From Bacteroidales bacterium (GTDB taxonomy: Bacteria > Bacteroidota > Bacteroidia > Bacteroidales > UBA12077): 26,860 bases of DNA. Each line of letters begins with the position of its first letter. Position 1 is the stretch's first letter. Location of the stretch: positions 1 to 26,860 of the forward strand of contig DAOWML010000001.1 in the NCBI GenBank assembly GCA_030643125.1. The letters run 5' to 3'. Made by a program: the position numbers and the translations under genes. The notes beneath the pieces are model-generated. The model made no database searches. It was not told where the DNA came from and worked only from the letters and a program-made list of their open reading frames with translations. Positions 24,561 through 26,860 of the stretch are shown here, in pieces.

Positions 24561-26708
24561 TTATTTAATAATAGTCATTTCTTCAATTAAGTGTTTCGCT
24601 CCGGCAAATTTGTCAATAATAAATAGAGTATATCTTATATCTACACTAATTGTTCGTTGTAATTCTGGTTCGAAAACAATATCACCACTCATAGCTTCCC
24701 AATTGCCATCAAATGCAGTTCCTATTATTTCTCCTTTTCCGTTTATTACAGGGCTTCCTGAATTTCCTCCTGTAATATCATTTGTAGATAGGAATGCAAC
24801 AGGCATTTCACCATTTTTTAATGCATATTGTCCATAGTCTTTATTATTATAAAGTTCTTTTAATTTATCAGAAACTACAAATTCCCAGTTATCCGGATCT
24901 TCCTTTTCCATTACTCCTTTAAGAGTGGTTATATAATTGTAATGTACAGCATCCATTGGGTCGTAATCTAAAATGGAACCATAGCTTAAACGCATAGAGA
25001 AGTTTGCATCAGGATACATAGCTTCACCTTCGTTCATTTCCATAATACCACCAACATATAATCTGTGACCTTTATCGAAATCAGCATAAAATGGTGTTAA
25101 ATTTTTGTATAATTCCCGATATTTATTATATATCGATTTTGAAGCAATATATGCCGGATCTTTTGCTAATGCTTTAGCTGAAGGTTTTTCTAAAAACGCC
25201 CATAGTTTAACTGAATCTGTAAAAAACGATTTATTATACATCCTGTCAATAAACTTTGAATAATCATTTTTGTATTTTGTTTCAATAGTATTAAAAATGT
25301 CCGGTTGATATTTTTTATCCACATTTTCAGCAAAAATTTTAAACATGACTTTAGCCACTTTCTGATCTGTAGGTGCATTGTAGTTTTTGTAAAACTTTCT
25401 GGCTTTTTCTTTAGATTTACTAACTAAAGAATCAATTTCTTCCTTATTTCCTGAATTTAATACTTCTTCAAGATTTTTTGCTCCTGAAGCAAAATACACA
25501 AGTTCTGTACCTCTTAACAGAGTTTCGGAGATATATTGGTTGGTATGAATAAATTCTCCCCGAGACTTAACAGAGTTATCTATTAATGATAATGCATTCC
25601 CATATTTTTCTTTAAGTTCTGGTGACGAATTAAGCCAATCAGTAAATGTTTTCTCATTAACTTTTTTCTTATCAACGATTTTTAAACGTTTTAAAGCTTT
25701 ATTCATTCCTATTGAATACTTCCAATAATTTGTTGATCTTGAATATTTTGATGCATATTTAATACGAATAGCATCATCAGCGAGCATATCTTCTAAAAGA
25801 ATTTCCTGACGGATACCACGAATATAAATTCTGTTTGCATTGGTTATGTTAATTGCCTCCTCAACTTCTGTTGATATCATATATCTGTCAGTTCCTCCGG
25901 GATAGCCTAATATCATTGCGAAATCATTTTTCTCAACTCCTTTTAACGAAACAGGTAAATGATGTTTTGGTTTATAAGGAACATTATCCGGAGAATAATC
26001 AGCCGGTTTATTATCTTTATCAGCGTAAATTCTAAAAATAGAAAAATCACCGGTATGACGAGGCCACATCCAGTTGTCAGTATCGGCACCAAATTTCCCA
26101 ATTGATGATGGAGGCGCTCCAACCATTCTTATATCAGTAAATTTTTCATAAACCAAAAGAAAAAACTGATTACCTCCATAAAAACTTTGAACTCTTGCAT
26201 TGTAATGTGTTCCCTCAGTAGCTTCTTCAGCAATTTTACTTCCTACTTTATAAGCAGTATCTTGTCTTTCTGTTTCAGACATTTCTTGTGTGAAAACAGA
26301 ATTTATTTTTTCAGTTACATTTTCAATACGAACTAAAAATGTTACTGTTAGTCCCGGGGTTGCAATTTCTTCGTCCTTCGACATTGCCCAAAAACCTTTT
26401 TTCAAATAATCATGATCGGGAGTACTATGTTGTTGAATAGCTCCATAACCACAATGATGGTTAGTTAATACTAATCCTTGATCAGAAATTACCTCACCGG
26501 TACATCCACGCCCAAAAATTACAATGGCATCTTTTAAGCTGGTATTATTTACACTGTAAATTTCTTCAGCTGATAATTCGCAACCCATTTGTTGCATTTT
26601 TTCAATATTAAATTGTTGGATAAGTGATAATAACCACATTCCTTCATCAGCTTTTACTGAAATATTCAGAAGCAAAATGATACTTAAAATCGATAATAAT
26701 TTTTTCAT
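24561..26708 (-). CDS. dpp7: S46-family dipeptidyl peptidase, DPP7-type
   Basis: Signal peptide then DEGMWL, LTNHHCG (catalytic His), NWMWPRHTGDFS, DITGGNSGSPV (catalytic Ser), and AFDGNWEA with Gly at the S1 determinant. Confidence 0.9.
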   Translation of the reverse strand: MKKLLSILSIILLLNISVKADEGMWLLSLIQQFNIEKMQQMGCELSAEEIYSVNNTSLKDAIVIFGRGCTGEVISDQGLVLTNHHCGYGAIQQHSTPDHDYLKKGFWAMSKDEEIATPGLTVTFLVRIENVTEKINSVFTQEMSETERQDTAYKVGSKIAEEATEGTHYNARVQSFYGGNQFFLLVYEKFTDIRMVGAPPSSIGKFGADTDNWMWPRHTGDFSIFRIYADKDNKPADYSPDNVPYKPKHHLPVSLKGVEKNDFAMILGYPGGTDRYMISTEVEEAINITNANRIYIRGIRQEILLEDMLADDAIRIKYASKYSRSTNYWKYSIGMNKALKRLKIVDKKKVNEKTFTDWLNSSPELKEKYGNALSLIDNSVKSRGEFIHTNQYISETLLRGTELVYFASGAKNLEEVLNSGNKEEIDSLVSKSKEKARKFYKNYNAPTDQKVAKVMFKIFAENVDKKYQPDIFNTIETKYKNDYSKFIDRMYNKSFFTDSVKLWAFLEKPSAKALAKDPAYIASKSIYNKYRELYKNLTPFYADFDKGHRLYVGGIMEMNEGEAMYPDANFSMRLSYGSILDYDPMDAVHYNYITTLKGVMEKEDPDNWEFVVSDKLKELYNNKDYGQYALKNGEMPVAFLSTNDITGGNSGSPVINGKGEIIGTAFDGNWEAMSGDIVFEPELQRTISVDIRYTLFIIDKFAGAKHLIEEMTIIK

Positions 26709-26816
26709 GTTTTATTAATTTTGATTAAATAAATTTCCAATAGAATGGTAGAATATTCTTAGATTACTTAATTAGCGTAAAGTTTAATTTAAAAATAAAA
26801 ATATTGTTTTTTAACA

Positions 26817-26824
26817 TACCTTTG
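26817..26824 (+). promoter_or_regulatory. -7 element (TACCTTTG) for a gene beginning at the window end
   Basis: Exact TAnnTTTG match, 21 bp before an ATG at 26846. Confidence 0.6.
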
Positions 26825-26845
26825 TTTCGAATTTATCAATTAATT

Positions 26846-26860
26846 ATGACAGAAAATAAA
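26846..26860 (+). CDS. First five codons (MTENK) of an unidentified gene truncated by the window edge
   Basis: ATG in an AATT-ATG context downstream of a consensus promoter. Too short to identify. Confidence 0.4.

Noticed and set aside
740-26035. Short ORF-track entries antisense to or nested in long genes (740-970, 5136-5342, 5141-5329, 10093-10311, 11123-11338, 14073-14273, 14252-14521, 14807-15001, 15892-16074, 16637-16954, 18047-18253, 20038-20301, 21103-21321, 21675-21929, 22612-22845, 24610-24837, 25190-25378, 25853-26035)
   Set aside because: Shadow ORFs of well-supported genes, with no motifs or independent expression signals.
1-26860. tRNA, rRNA, prophage genes, alternative genetic code
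   Set aside because: No tRNA- or rRNA-like sequence or phage hallmark genes seen. TGA, TAG and TAA all end conserved proteins at expected positions.

Overview
Low-GC, AT-rich chromosomal window from a Bacteroidota organism, probably an anaerobic Bacteroidales/Marinilabiliales-type lineage. This rests on TAnnTTTG promoters, A-rich starts without Shine-Dalgarno, an S46 peptidase, and DUF4834/DUF5723-type genes. Housekeeping and envelope genes: manC (5' part), mlaE-mlaF, FadL/OmpP1-like barrel, DUF3352-lipoprotein-DUF5723 operon, orphan TonB-dependent receptor, Na/Pi cotransporter, zupT, trpS, rnhA, dpp7. Two accessory blocks stand out. (1) A Crp/Fnr regulator divergent from a four-gene sulfur operon (type III-like SQR, DUF1641, TusE/DsrC-like carrier with only the terminal Cys, DsrE2-like protein). 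The intergenic region holds a 30-bp perfect palindrome made of two FNR-like ATGAT-N4-ATCAT boxes. (2) A stand-alone HUH Y1 transposase (RAYT/TnpA-REP-like, no tnpB) surrounded by nine 26-bp units (5-bp stem, 3-nt loop, GATAGTATGGTAG tail) whose stems differ in sequence but keep pairing. Several intergenic regions carry further palindromic or repeat structure. All family assignments come from motif recognition by eye, with no database searches.
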